Assembly: GCA_030668875.1 (NCBI GenBank)
Contig: DAOVER010000031.1
Coordinates: 794-32,793, forward strand
DNA from: Candidatus Heimdallarchaeota archaeon
GTDB lineage: Archaea > Asgardarchaeota > Heimdallarchaeia > Heimdallarchaeales > Heimdallarchaeaceae
Direction: 5' to 3'
Length of the DNA stretch: 32,000 nucleotides
Position numbers and translations under genes: made by a program. Below, piece after piece: positions 9,092 through 17,549 of this stretch; the stretch's first letter is position 1, and the number at the start of each line of letters is the position of its first letter. The notes under the pieces are model-generated. The model was not told the DNA's origin. It searched no databases and saw nothing but the letters and a program-made list of their open reading frames with translations.

Positions 9092-10450
9092 TTATACACC
9101 TATTAGACGTGTTGGTGTATTCTCATTAATTAAGTTAGGTTTTGCTACATCTTTAACATATTCCACAATGAATTTTTGATTTCTCTTATCACCATGAACA
9201 AGAAAGATGTTTTTAGCCCCAGAATCACCCATAATCTGCTTCAAACCGTCAACTGAAGTATGCCCAGAATAGGGGAATTTCATGATTTTAAGATTAAGAT
9301 CAACATCCTTTTTCCTTCCATAATCCTCGAACAATGTTACATTTGTTGCACCATCATAGATTTTCCGACCTGTTGTTCCCTCAACTTGATAGCCAGAGAA
9401 ACCCATAACATTATTTTCATTAGATCCAAGTAAATCTAGATATGTATGAATTGGACCTCCTTCAATCATTCCTGAAGTTGTTACAATTATAGAGCCCTCA
9501 TTACTTCCCGCAAGATATTTCCTTGACTGATGAGTTCGTTCTGATATTGATTTTACAGGAATCATATTCTGTTTTTCAAAGGGGCTGTTTAATCCAGCGT
9601 CTTTAAGGTTCTCTAAGAATCCTCTTGACACCCATTTTTCGCTAAGAAAGTGCTCAGTAATCATATTCATTGTAACTATCATTCCATCAATATAGATGGG
9701 GATGTCGTCTAAATCTTTATCTAAAGCAAGTGTTATCAGTGTTTCTTGTGATCTACCAACAGCAAAAGATGGCAAAAGCATCTTATTACCTTGTTCTGCT
9801 ACTTGCTTTGCAAGTAACCTTAATCCAACATCTATTTTCTTTCTTTCAGGAACATATCTGTCTCCATTAGTTGATTCAGTTATAAGAACATCTACTTTTT
9901 CGTTTGGCAAGTCATAACCATCGAACATGGGAGTAACACGGTCATTAATATCACCTGTATACAAGATAAGTTGTCCTTCCCAGTCTAATAATATTTGAGC
10001 TGCTCCAAGAATATGGCCAGCATGGATAAATTCAGCTGTGATTCCATCAGCAACCTTGAATTTGTTATTATACTCTTTTGTACTAATTTTATGAAAAACT
10101 CTATCTAAATCGGATTCAGACCAGTGTCTTCTTCCTTCAATCTTCAAATGATCTAACCACAACCTGTAAGATATGTCTTTTGTGGGTTGTGTCATGTAAT
10201 AATTCCCTCTATATCCCTCCTTTGATAATCTGGGTGTATATCCAGAATGATCAATGTGTGCATGACTGATGAGCACAGAATCTAGTTCTTTTGCAATATC
10301 GTGAACTCCTACTGGAGCTTTAGTTTTTTGTTTTGGTACGAGTTCTAAACCACAGTCTAAAAGTATTTTATGATCTCTATCGTGTATAAGAAAAGAACTT
10401 CTTCCTACAAAGTCTGTGGCACCGTACGCTGTTATATTTATATCGTTCAT
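9092..10450 (-). CDS. beta-CASP metallo-beta-lactamase ribonuclease without KH domains (aCPSF2/aCPSF1b-like)
   Basis: HAHIDH, AGHILG, YTGD, ESTNG, SFAVGRSQE, SGMIEGG, GYQVEGT, SGH, VHGD; GGTGA Shine-Dalgarno-like site before ATG. Confidence 0.9.
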   Translation of the reverse strand: MNDINITAYGATDFVGRSSFLIHDRDHKILLDCGLELVPKQKTKAPVGVHDIAKELDSVLISHAHIDHSGYTPRLSKEGYRGNYYMTQPTKDISYRLWLDHLKIEGRRHWSESDLDRVFHKISTKEYNNKFKVADGITAEFIHAGHILGAAQILLDWEGQLILYTGDINDRVTPMFDGYDLPNEKVDVLITESTNGDRYVPERKKIDVGLRLLAKQVAEQGNKMLLPSFAVGRSQETLITLALDKDLDDIPIYIDGMIVTMNMITEHFLSEKWVSRGFLENLKDAGLNSPFEKQNMIPVKSISERTHQSRKYLAGSNEGSIIVTTSGMIEGGPIHTYLDLLGSNENNVMGFSGYQVEGTTGRKIYDGATNVTLFEDYGRKKDVDLNLKIMKFPYSGHTSVDGLKQIMGDSGAKNIFLVHGDKRNQKFIVEYVKDVAKPNLINENTPTRLIGV

Positions 10451-10613
10451 TGTTTCACCGTTGTAAATATGTAGTAAAAATTGGTGTATTTTAAGTCATC
10501 AATTGTTTCTATTGATAAAGCTCTGTTGTTGATGTTTTATAAGGTTTTATTTCTACCTAACTAAGTTCAATTCAATTTGAATAATCTTTTATATTATAAT
10601 AGCAAGTTTTTAC

Positions 10614-11357
10614 TTGATAATAATGGCCGATGAAAAAGATAAAGAAAATCGGAAAAAAAAACCAGAATTTCGATCTCAACTTTCTGATGCTTACAAATCT
10701 ATGGACGATGATCTTGTTAAAACTCAAAAAGATGACAAAGAGTCCAAACAAGAAGTACTTGTTAAGGGGATAGAGAAGATTGAAAAGAAAAATTTCAAGG
10801 AGTTATTAGCATCTAGGATGCTTGTAAACAAAGTTCTAGAAATCAGAAAGAAAGCTGGGATGTCTCAAACCATAGGTACAGCTGGCAAAGTTAAAACGCC
10901 TATAATTTTCGGTAAAGACGAATTCAAACAGAAACTAGCAAGAGAGTTATTAATCATAGGTAATGAAGAATTGGAGGACATTGGAGGAGCTATCACAATT
11001 GCTAACCTCATCGACTATTTCAAGGAAACAAGAGTTAACTGGAAAGTAAATGTTGGAGATATTCTAGATGTATTAAAGAAATTAGAAGAAAAAGAAATCA
11101 TTCCTCCAAGAGTAGATATCGGAGAGGAAGATGTTTTGATTAGATTCAAACCAATTGAGATGTCAACAGATTTTCAAAACGTACTGCGATTAGCAACAGG
11201 TCTACCATCTTTGTCAGTTGCAAAGGTTTCTTCACATCTAGATTGGTCAGTTGAGAGAGCACAAAGCACTTTGACTACAATGATGAAATACGATTTAGCC
11301 ATCTTAGATGAAGGTTCAGGAGAATATTACTTTCCAGGCTTAAGTGGTTTGAACTAA
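10614..11357 (+). CDS. ESCRT-II Vps22/36-like (EAP30 tandem winged-helix) protein; ATG at 10623
   Basis: EFKQKLARELL..GGAITIANL..DILDVLKKL..PIEMSTDFQNVLRLA..LSVAKVSSHLDWSVERAQSTL..GEYYFP follows the Vps22/SNF8 pattern (FYYEL..NGGLI..DI.RA.K.L..VP.EL..L.W...RA...L...YWFP). Confidence 0.8.
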   Translation: MIIMADEKDKENRKKKPEFRSQLSDAYKSMDDDLVKTQKDDKESKQEVLVKGIEKIEKKNFKELLASRMLVNKVLEIRKKAGMSQTIGTAGKVKTPIIFGKDEFKQKLARELLIIGNEELEDIGGAITIANLIDYFKETRVNWKVNVGDILDVLKKLEEKEIIPPRVDIGEEDVLIRFKPIEMSTDFQNVLRLATGLPSLSVAKVSSHLDWSVERAQSTLTTMMKYDLAILDEGSGEYYFPGLSGLN

Positions 11358-11394
11358 AACCACAATTAACATTTCTTTTGTTTAATTAAGCATA

Positions 11395-11420
11395 GCGTTG
11401 TTTAAGAGGCGCTTTTTGCA
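11395..11420 (+). terminator. Weak hairpin plus T-run downstream of the Vps22/36-like gene
   Basis: AGCGTT-N8-GGCGCT (4 Watson-Crick and 2 G-U pairs) followed by TTTTG. Confidence 0.3.
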
Positions 11421-11460
11421 TTTTACGAAGAATTTATAAACTTACAAGAGAGTGTATTTT

Positions 11461-11495
11461 GGCGAGAGCAAAAAAATCTTTTATTTGCTCTCGCC
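11461..11495. repeat. Perfect 12-bp inverted repeat in a convergent intergenic region
   Basis: GGCGAGAGCAAA (11461-11472) / TTTGCTCTCGCC (11484-11495) with an 11-nt loop. Confidence 0.9.
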
Positions 11496-11564
11496 CTCCC
11501 TCCCTCATTTTTGACTAATTCTTAAGATAGAAGGGTTGAAGGCAGGTTTTCTGATGATTTGTGT

Positions 11565-12401
11565 TTATTTTAAATTGATTTTCCTATACCAATGTTTCTT
11601 CTTTTCTCGTTGTTTTTCTTCATCCATTTCAGATAGTACTTTCACCGCGTAACTTGCTGCTTTAATCGCCTCTTTTTCTCCTTTTACACCAAATTCATTA
11701 GTAACTCTGTTTGCATAAACTGTACAAATTGCTCCCGCTCTTGCATTGAAAAGCTGACTTAAAGTAAAGATATGAGAGGCTTCCATCTCAAAATTCAGAA
11801 CACCCATTTTCTGAAGATCTGGGACAATAGTATCTGTTTTATTGATTTTATAATCGCTATAACCAGGACGGCCTTGTCCTAGATAAAAACTTGATGTTGA
11901 TGCAGCTATTCCAAGATGATACGTATATCCTAAATCCTCACAAGCTTCAATTAGAGCAAGAACAATTTCATAATTTGCCATTGCTGGATAATTTGCATGG
12001 ACATAAAAGGAACTAGATCCTTCCATTTTTACAGCTCCTGTATTAATTATCATATCGCCTAATTCAATTCCATCTTGAATAGCTCCACAAGAGCCAACGC
12101 GGATAAATGTGTCACAACCAATATTGAGTAGTTCTGTTACAGCTATTTCACACGCAGGTGTGCCTATTCCAGTTGATGTAACACTTATCGGTGCGCCTTT
12201 AATCTTCCCCGTATATGAATTAAATTGACGATGAGCTGCTACTAGTTTATGTTCATCCCATGTTTCTGCTATTCTTTTAGCTCGATCAGGATCACCTGGT
12301 AACAACACAGGTCCTAGTAAATCACCCGGTTTACATTCTATATGATATTGTGTTCCCTCTTCAAAAACAGGTTTATCAGCTCTAACTTTCTTCTCTTCCA
12401 T
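11565..12401 (-). CDS. udp: Uridine phosphorylase
   Basis: QYHI, LLPGDPDRA, RQFNSYTG, STGIG, IRVGSCGA, NFEMEAS. Confidence 0.9.
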   Translation of the reverse strand: MEEKKVRADKPVFEEGTQYHIECKPGDLLGPVLLPGDPDRAKRIAETWDEHKLVAAHRQFNSYTGKIKGAPISVTSTGIGTPACEIAVTELLNIGCDTFIRVGSCGAIQDGIELGDMIINTGAVKMEGSSSFYVHANYPAMANYEIVLALIEACEDLGYTYHLGIAASTSSFYLGQGRPGYSDYKINKTDTIVPDLQKMGVLNFEMEASHIFTLSQLFNARAGAICTVYANRVTNEFGVKGEKEAIKAASYAVKVLSEMDEEKQREKKKHWYRKINLK

Positions 12402-12448
12402 AGATTATAGAGATATTACAAAAATAAAAAGATTTCACCTATCTATTT

Positions 12449-13189
12449 TTAGTATATTAGTTGTTTTTTTCTGCGTTTCTCAAGCTTGTTCACTAAAGGA
12501 ATTATTACCATAATTCCAGCAGTCACGTAGTAAATTAAGCATGATTTGAAAAGCGACACTCGACCCCATCCCTCAGTAATAGTATCATAAGTAACAAAGG
12601 TTTCATTTTCAAAAACTTGCATAGTAACAGCATTTGAAATAACATCTTGACCAAATGTCAAATCAAATTTTAACCACATTCTATATTCTCCCAAAGGCAA
12701 TCTTGTCAGATTTGGTTCATTAAATAACATAGAATAGAAAGCAAAATCTAAGTTTATACCTGGTTTAATAACCTCTGTACCAACAGCTGGTAAAACTGTT
12801 GGACCAAACAGATAGATATATTCATCATCACTTTGTTCAAAAATATCATCTACAACAACGTGGGAATTATAACCGGACAAATTGGTAAATGTTACATCTA
12901 TACATGGATAAAAAGTAAAAGAATAATTAGGAGTTCTTTCATATCTTGTTAAAACTGATGGGTTCCATATCTCTAGTGTTAATCTAAATCCAATATGTGT
13001 CTTCTCATAACCAGGATCAGATAAAACTTCAGCTGGAAATGTTACTGAACTTATTCGAGCTTGTAATCTTCCATCCAATATGAGCCACGTGCCGATAGAT
13101 AGCATTGTGACTATAATAGCAATATATGTTATTCTTTTTGCTCTTCTTAATCTTTTATAAGATTTATCGAGAACCTCAAATAAAGTCAT
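12449..13189 (-). CDS. Hypothetical membrane protein (N- and C-terminal TM helices, extracellular middle domain)
   Basis: Basic N-terminus then ITYIAIIVTMLSIGTWLIL; C-terminal CLIYYVTAGIMVIIPLV with a KRRKK tail; several N-x-S/T sequons. Confidence 0.75.
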   Translation of the reverse strand: MTLFEVLDKSYKRLRRAKRITYIAIIVTMLSIGTWLILDGRLQARISSVTFPAEVLSDPGYEKTHIGFRLTLEIWNPSVLTRYERTPNYSFTFYPCIDVTFTNLSGYNSHVVVDDIFEQSDDEYIYLFGPTVLPAVGTEVIKPGINLDFAFYSMLFNEPNLTRLPLGEYRMWLKFDLTFGQDVISNAVTMQVFENETFVTYDTITEGWGRVSLFKSCLIYYVTAGIMVIIPLVNKLEKRRKKQLIY

Positions 13190-13197
13190 TTACATTT

Positions 13198-14469
13198 TCA
13201 CCCTCTGTCAGTTCTTTCATTTTCAAGTATTTGTTTAGCTTTGTCATAGGTTACTGTTCCTCCCTCGATCAGCTTTTTAGCTACACTTTCTATTTCTTTT
13301 CCTTCCGCTCCGGCTGTCACAGCTATATTTCGTGCATGTAAAGTCATATGTCCTTTTTGTATGCCTTCAGAGACAAGAGCTCTTAAAGCGGCTAAATTCT
13401 GTGCCAAGCCAACAGCTGCGACAACGTTGGCGAATTCTTCAGAACTAGAAACACCTAGGATTTTTAAGGCAAGTTTGTAAGTTGGATGAACATTAATAGC
13501 TCCTCCTAGAATACCTAGAGATAATGGAATTTCCATAGAGCCAATTAAATCACCTTCAGCATTTTTCTCGTATTTTGAAAGAGATTTATAGATTCCGTCT
13601 TTAGCAGCATAAGAGTGAGCACCAGCTTCTATTGCCCTTGTATCATTACCTGTTGCATGTAAAACAGCTACAATACCATTCATAATTCCTTTATTATGAG
13701 TTGTGCATCGATAGATATCATTATCAGCTAAATCGTAAGCATATAGAATGTTATTTACAACTTCTTCTCCACCCAAGGATTCTTTACTAAAAACAGCTGT
13801 TACTTTGACAGTCCTTTTTGTAGCATGATTCGAGATGATTCTTAACAAAACTCTACCTTCAGTCAATTCTTCTACTTTTAACTTCAGAGCTTCCAACATA
13901 GTATTTACTGCGTTAGCTCCCATTGCATCCTTAACATCTACAATTAAATGGATAAGCAAATAAGAATCTAGATTTCCTTTAATTGTTTTTAATTCTATAT
14001 CTTTAGCTCCCCCTCCTAATTTAATTAAAATTTCATTTGTTGAGTTCGCAATATCAAGGAGTTCTGACTTGTATGCTATTAAACGCTGTTTTGATAACTC
14101 AATATCTTTCACATCACAAACCTGTAATTGTCCAATTGTGAAAGAACCTGAATATTCAGCATTAAAACCACCTTTCTTCCGAGCTATCTTTGCGGCATGA
14201 CTTGCAGCTGCAACCACAGAAGATTCTTCTACAACCATAGGAACTAAGTAATCTTTTCCATTAACGATGAAATTTGTAGCTATTCCTAGTGGCAAGCAGA
14301 CCATCCCTACAACATTTTCTATCATGATTTCAAATATCTCTTCAGCTGATTCTTTTCCTTGTAAAATAGAGATATCATGCTCTGAAAGAGATAGTATATC
14401 TGTAATTATTTTTCTTCTCTCTTCAATTGTTTTGTTATAGAAGTCGGGAATTCTAGAACTGAGAGGCAT
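13198..14469 (-). CDS. mvaA: HMG-CoA reductase, class II (bacterial type)
   Basis: ENVVG, EESSVVAAAS, DAMGAN, HNKGIMNG, GNDTRAIEAGAH, GIQKGHMTLHARN. Confidence 0.95.
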   Translation of the reverse strand: MPLSSRIPDFYNKTIEERRKIITDILSLSEHDISILQGKESAEEIFEIMIENVVGMVCLPLGIATNFIVNGKDYLVPMVVEESSVVAAASHAAKIARKKGGFNAEYSGSFTIGQLQVCDVKDIELSKQRLIAYKSELLDIANSTNEILIKLGGGAKDIELKTIKGNLDSYLLIHLIVDVKDAMGANAVNTMLEALKLKVEELTEGRVLLRIISNHATKRTVKVTAVFSKESLGGEEVVNNILYAYDLADNDIYRCTTHNKGIMNGIVAVLHATGNDTRAIEAGAHSYAAKDGIYKSLSKYEKNAEGDLIGSMEIPLSLGILGGAINVHPTYKLALKILGVSSSEEFANVVAAVGLAQNLAALRALVSEGIQKGHMTLHARNIAVTAGAEGKEIESVAKKLIEGGTVTYDKAKQILENERTDRG

Positions 14470-14490
14470 ATATAAAATAGAAAAATGGAG

Positions 14491-14498
14491 GTTAAAAA
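14491..14498 (-). promoter_or_regulatory. Putative TATA box for HMG-CoA reductase
   Basis: Minus strand TTTTTAAC at -29..-22 from ATG 14469. Confidence 0.5.
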
Positions 14499-14515
14499 GT
14501 TTATTCGAAATAAAC

Positions 14516-14734
14516 TTACAATTCTTCTAAAACTTGGATTTTTTGATCCTTGAATTGTCTCATAATGCGGGTAACATATCCAGCGATTTGATTTCGCATT
14601 TTCTTTGACATAGGAGTACAGACTTCTTCTACAACGTGTTTATTGTTTTGAAATTCTGTATTTAGTTGATCATGAAAATCTCTTACAATTTGTTTGGATA
14701 AGCGTTTTACTTGACTAGTTCGAATATTACCCAT
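14516..14734 (-). CDS. rps17e: 30S ribosomal protein S17e
   Basis: MGNIRTSQVKR..F.NNK..V..SKKMRNQIAGYVTR. Confidence 0.96.
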   Translation of the reverse strand: MGNIRTSQVKRLSKQIVRDFHDQLNTEFQNNKHVVEEVCTPMSKKMRNQIAGYVTRIMRQFKDQKIQVLEEL

Positions 14735-14810
14735 CTATTTCACTAATGTGAGCATTTGGCTATTCATTTTAAATCTTACGTTAAGCGATTGAAAAAGAAG
14801 AAGAAAAAAT

Positions 14811-15530
14811 TTAGAAATAGAACTGTTCTTCAGAGTAGACTTTGACCCCAGTAGATGTTATTTCAAAAGGCCTTTCAACCATTTCGTGTTTTAGACCTCT
14901 CATTTTCCGGATGTTTAAACTTCGAGTTGCTACATTGTTTTGAAATTCATAATTGAGAACAATTACACCTTGAGACATAAACTCCTCTACACCAAAACGT
15001 GATACAACTCCTCCTCGCATTTCACTTGTTAGGATAGTTGTACACTCTAACGAAGACATAACAGCACTCAGTTTCAGTATTTGCTTTCTTATTTGTTGCT
15101 CCGACTCCATGGATAATGCTAAAGCTGTGATACTATCGATAACAACTCTTTCTGCTGAAGTTTTATCGATAATTTCTACTAACTGTGTAATAAGCTCGTC
15201 AACGTCAACAGGTGTTTGATATTTCTCACTAGAACTTACACCTGCTCTAGGACTAAAACCATCTATCAATACCAATAAATTATCTTTTTCTAGTTCGCTC
15301 AAATTCCAACCAAAATTCTTACATTCCTCTCTTACATGTGCTGGGTGCTCATCAAAAGAGATGAAAATACCACTTTCTCCTCCAGCTACAATACCATGAT
15401 ATAGAAATTGAAGTCCAAAAGTAGATTTACCAGCTCCAGCCGGTCCAGATACAAGAATTGTTCTTCCTTTAGGAATGCCTCCAGATAATATATTATCGAG
15501 ACCAACAATTCCAGTTTCTACGAGTTCCAT
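14811..15530 (-). CDS. Single-domain KaiC/RAD55-like RecA-superfamily ATPase
   Basis: TGIVGLDNILSGGIP, GPAGAGKS, ISFDE, VVIDSIT, FGVEEF..GVIVL, RSLNIRKMRG. Confidence 0.9.
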   Translation of the reverse strand: MELVETGIVGLDNILSGGIPKGRTILVSGPAGAGKSTFGLQFLYHGIVAGGESGIFISFDEHPAHVREECKNFGWNLSELEKDNLLVLIDGFSPRAGVSSSEKYQTPVDVDELITQLVEIIDKTSAERVVIDSITALALSMESEQQIRKQILKLSAVMSSLECTTILTSEMRGGVVSRFGVEEFMSQGVIVLNYEFQNNVATRSLNIRKMRGLKHEMVERPFEITSTGVKVYSEEQFYF

Positions 15531-15552
15531 GATAAGATTTTGCTAATTTACC

Positions 15553-15567
15553 ATTAAAAACTTTTCC
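15553..15567 (-). promoter_or_regulatory. Putative BRE plus TATA for the KaiC-like gene
   Basis: Minus strand GGAAAAG-TTTTTAAT, TATA at -30..-23 from ATG 15530. Confidence 0.55.
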
Positions 15568-15680
15568 AGTTCTTCAAACTTATTTGAGTGGGATGCAGAG
15601 ATAGAAGAAAGAAGAAAAATAGAAATAGGGTAAAAAAACCACAAAATGCACAAGAAATTCACAATTAAATTTCGTAAGTA

Positions 15681-17495
15681 TTAACTATTTTCTTGTGATT
15701 CCATGATTGATAATTCCCATCCTCCAGGATTCCTAAACATTATTGTCTGTTCAGATAGAGGATCTATTTGCATTATTAGCTCTACATTATGTTGTTTGCG
15801 GAAATGAGATGAGGCTTTATACACTCTGAATTTACCTTCTAGTAGATGGAGCGAGGTTCCAAGAGAAGCTTTCGGAGTTAACTCATTCGTTTCATCTAAT
15901 ACAGCTATTCTAGAGTTGATTTCCCAGTTCATCACACGTATAATTGGAATCATTTTGCCTTTTACTATCATATGGCTTTTTCCAATGCAATATAATGAGG
16001 ATCTATACTCTGTAGGCATGGAAGCTAATTCTTTGAAAGCTTTAACGAGATATTTATCAAGGTCTCTTGGTTTATATGTTAGGTCTAAGTTAATATTATA
16101 ACTTGTTTTAATCTCAGGATATTTCTTTATGAAATCATTATACATCTTTTGAATATTTGCCTTGACTCTTTCTAAGCCTGCATAATATAACCAACTAAGG
16201 TATTCTATGCTCGCAATACACATTCCTTTATTTTCACTGTTCAAAGAAAGATAAAATGTTTGTTCAAACATTAAGCTTGCTTTATCTAGATTTCCGAGTT
16301 GCATATATTTGAAACCAAGTTGGTTAATGAATTCGATATTATCATAACCTTCAATTATTGAACGTTCCTCTACACTTTCTCGTTTCAAAATCACTGTAAG
16401 AAGGACTAATGCCCTAACTACATTGGATACATCAGATCGATTGCACTGATTACATGCTGCTTCGAAAGCTGGAGTAAAATATGAATTCAATCTCTGAATC
16501 TGTCCTGAAAGCAGAAGGATAATCATTCTTAAGAAATGTACATCCACACCATATTCTTCAGAGGCATTACTATTTTGAAATAGAATCATCATAAGCTTAT
16601 CCATATACACTCTAGCCAGATCTATCTTCTTGTTTTCAATCAAACAGATACAGGCTAAATATTGCAATCTACCCAATAACAGAAGTGATTCATTGTAAAG
16701 ATTCTGATCTTCTATTTTATCGACAGCTAATTTCCAATCCACCAAATGGTCTGTAATTTCTCTGACTCTTGTCAATAATTCATCTTCAAGTTCAACATAC
16801 TGTCCTTGTAAGAAATCCTCTTCTAGATGAAGCATATCCCTACCAATTTCCACAAGTAACTCTTGTAGTTGTATTGATTCCAGAGAAAAACCATCGCTCT
16901 CTTTGAGTTGAGCAGCTGCTTGCTGAGTTAATTTTTCTTCATACTCGGTACGAATTACTGAGATTGCAGAGTCAAGAATTTTCTTAATTCGTTTTACTGG
17001 ATCATATCTATTTGTGCTTTCTACAGAATATCTAATTTCAGCAGCAAACAACTTAGAATCTAGTTCCTTTAGAAATGATTCTATACTTATATCTTCATTC
17101 TCTTCAATTAGTCGCTTGACAAAAGCGCTATTTGTTAGGGTTTTTATTCCAATCAATTCAGCTGTCTCAAGCAATTTCAGATCGCTACTAACAACTGTTG
17201 CATTCAATTTTGAGGCCGCGTAAATAACAGAAAGATCAGGTTTTTGTGGAAGGCTAGTTGTTTGGTTATGAATTTTATCCATAAATTTCTGAAAATCCTT
17301 GTTGTTAATTGGTTCCACTGTGATATAAGGTAAGATTTCACGTTGAAGGAAGAATCTCATTTCATTTTTAATATGATGTGTAATGAAAATATCAACTTTC
17401 AGTGATTCAAACAAAGTAGCAAATTTGCGAAATTTTGTAGGTTGTACCTGAAATCCACTGATAAAGAAGTTTGTATCTAAAACGTATTTCCCCAT
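15681..17495 (-). CDS. PIN-domain protein with long helical/TPR-like region and beta-rich C-terminus
   Basis: YVLDTNFF, NEM, PDLSVIYAA, VVSSDLKL supply the four PIN acidic positions; later segments (LLLGRLQYLA..DLARVYMDK; LGFKYMQLGNLDKASLMFEQ) look TPR-like. Confidence 0.75.
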   Translation of the reverse strand: MGKYVLDTNFFISGFQVQPTKFRKFATLFESLKVDIFITHHIKNEMRFFLQREILPYITVEPINNKDFQKFMDKIHNQTTSLPQKPDLSVIYAASKLNATVVSSDLKLLETAELIGIKTLTNSAFVKRLIEENEDISIESFLKELDSKLFAAEIRYSVESTNRYDPVKRIKKILDSAISVIRTEYEEKLTQQAAAQLKESDGFSLESIQLQELLVEIGRDMLHLEEDFLQGQYVELEDELLTRVREITDHLVDWKLAVDKIEDQNLYNESLLLLGRLQYLACICLIENKKIDLARVYMDKLMMILFQNSNASEEYGVDVHFLRMIILLLSGQIQRLNSYFTPAFEAACNQCNRSDVSNVVRALVLLTVILKRESVEERSIIEGYDNIEFINQLGFKYMQLGNLDKASLMFEQTFYLSLNSENKGMCIASIEYLSWLYYAGLERVKANIQKMYNDFIKKYPEIKTSYNINLDLTYKPRDLDKYLVKAFKELASMPTEYRSSLYCIGKSHMIVKGKMIPIIRVMNWEINSRIAVLDETNELTPKASLGTSLHLLEGKFRVYKASSHFRKQHNVELIMQIDPLSEQTIMFRNPGGWELSIMESQENS

Positions 17496-17549
17496 TAAAA
17501 TAGGGATAGTTTAGTATCATTAATAACCTTTTGTACAGAAACAGCTAAT

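Noticed and set aside
712-9917. Short ORFs 712-1059, 2615-2815, 4485-4727, 6920-7114, 9696-9917
   Set aside because: All lie antisense within well-supported genes and have no recognisable motifs.
11493-11560. G-quadruplex (minus-strand GGGA tract) or C/D-box sRNA (CTGATGA near 11552)
   Set aside because: Only three GGG runs; no properly spaced C and D box pair.
14811-15530. Circadian clock system
   Set aside because: Single domain, no CII phosphorylation region, no kaiA or kaiB nearby.
15681-17495. Calling the PIN protein HARP, Nob1 or an SMG5/6 orthologue
   Set aside because: Similarity is limited to generic PIN motifs; length and domain order differ from all three.
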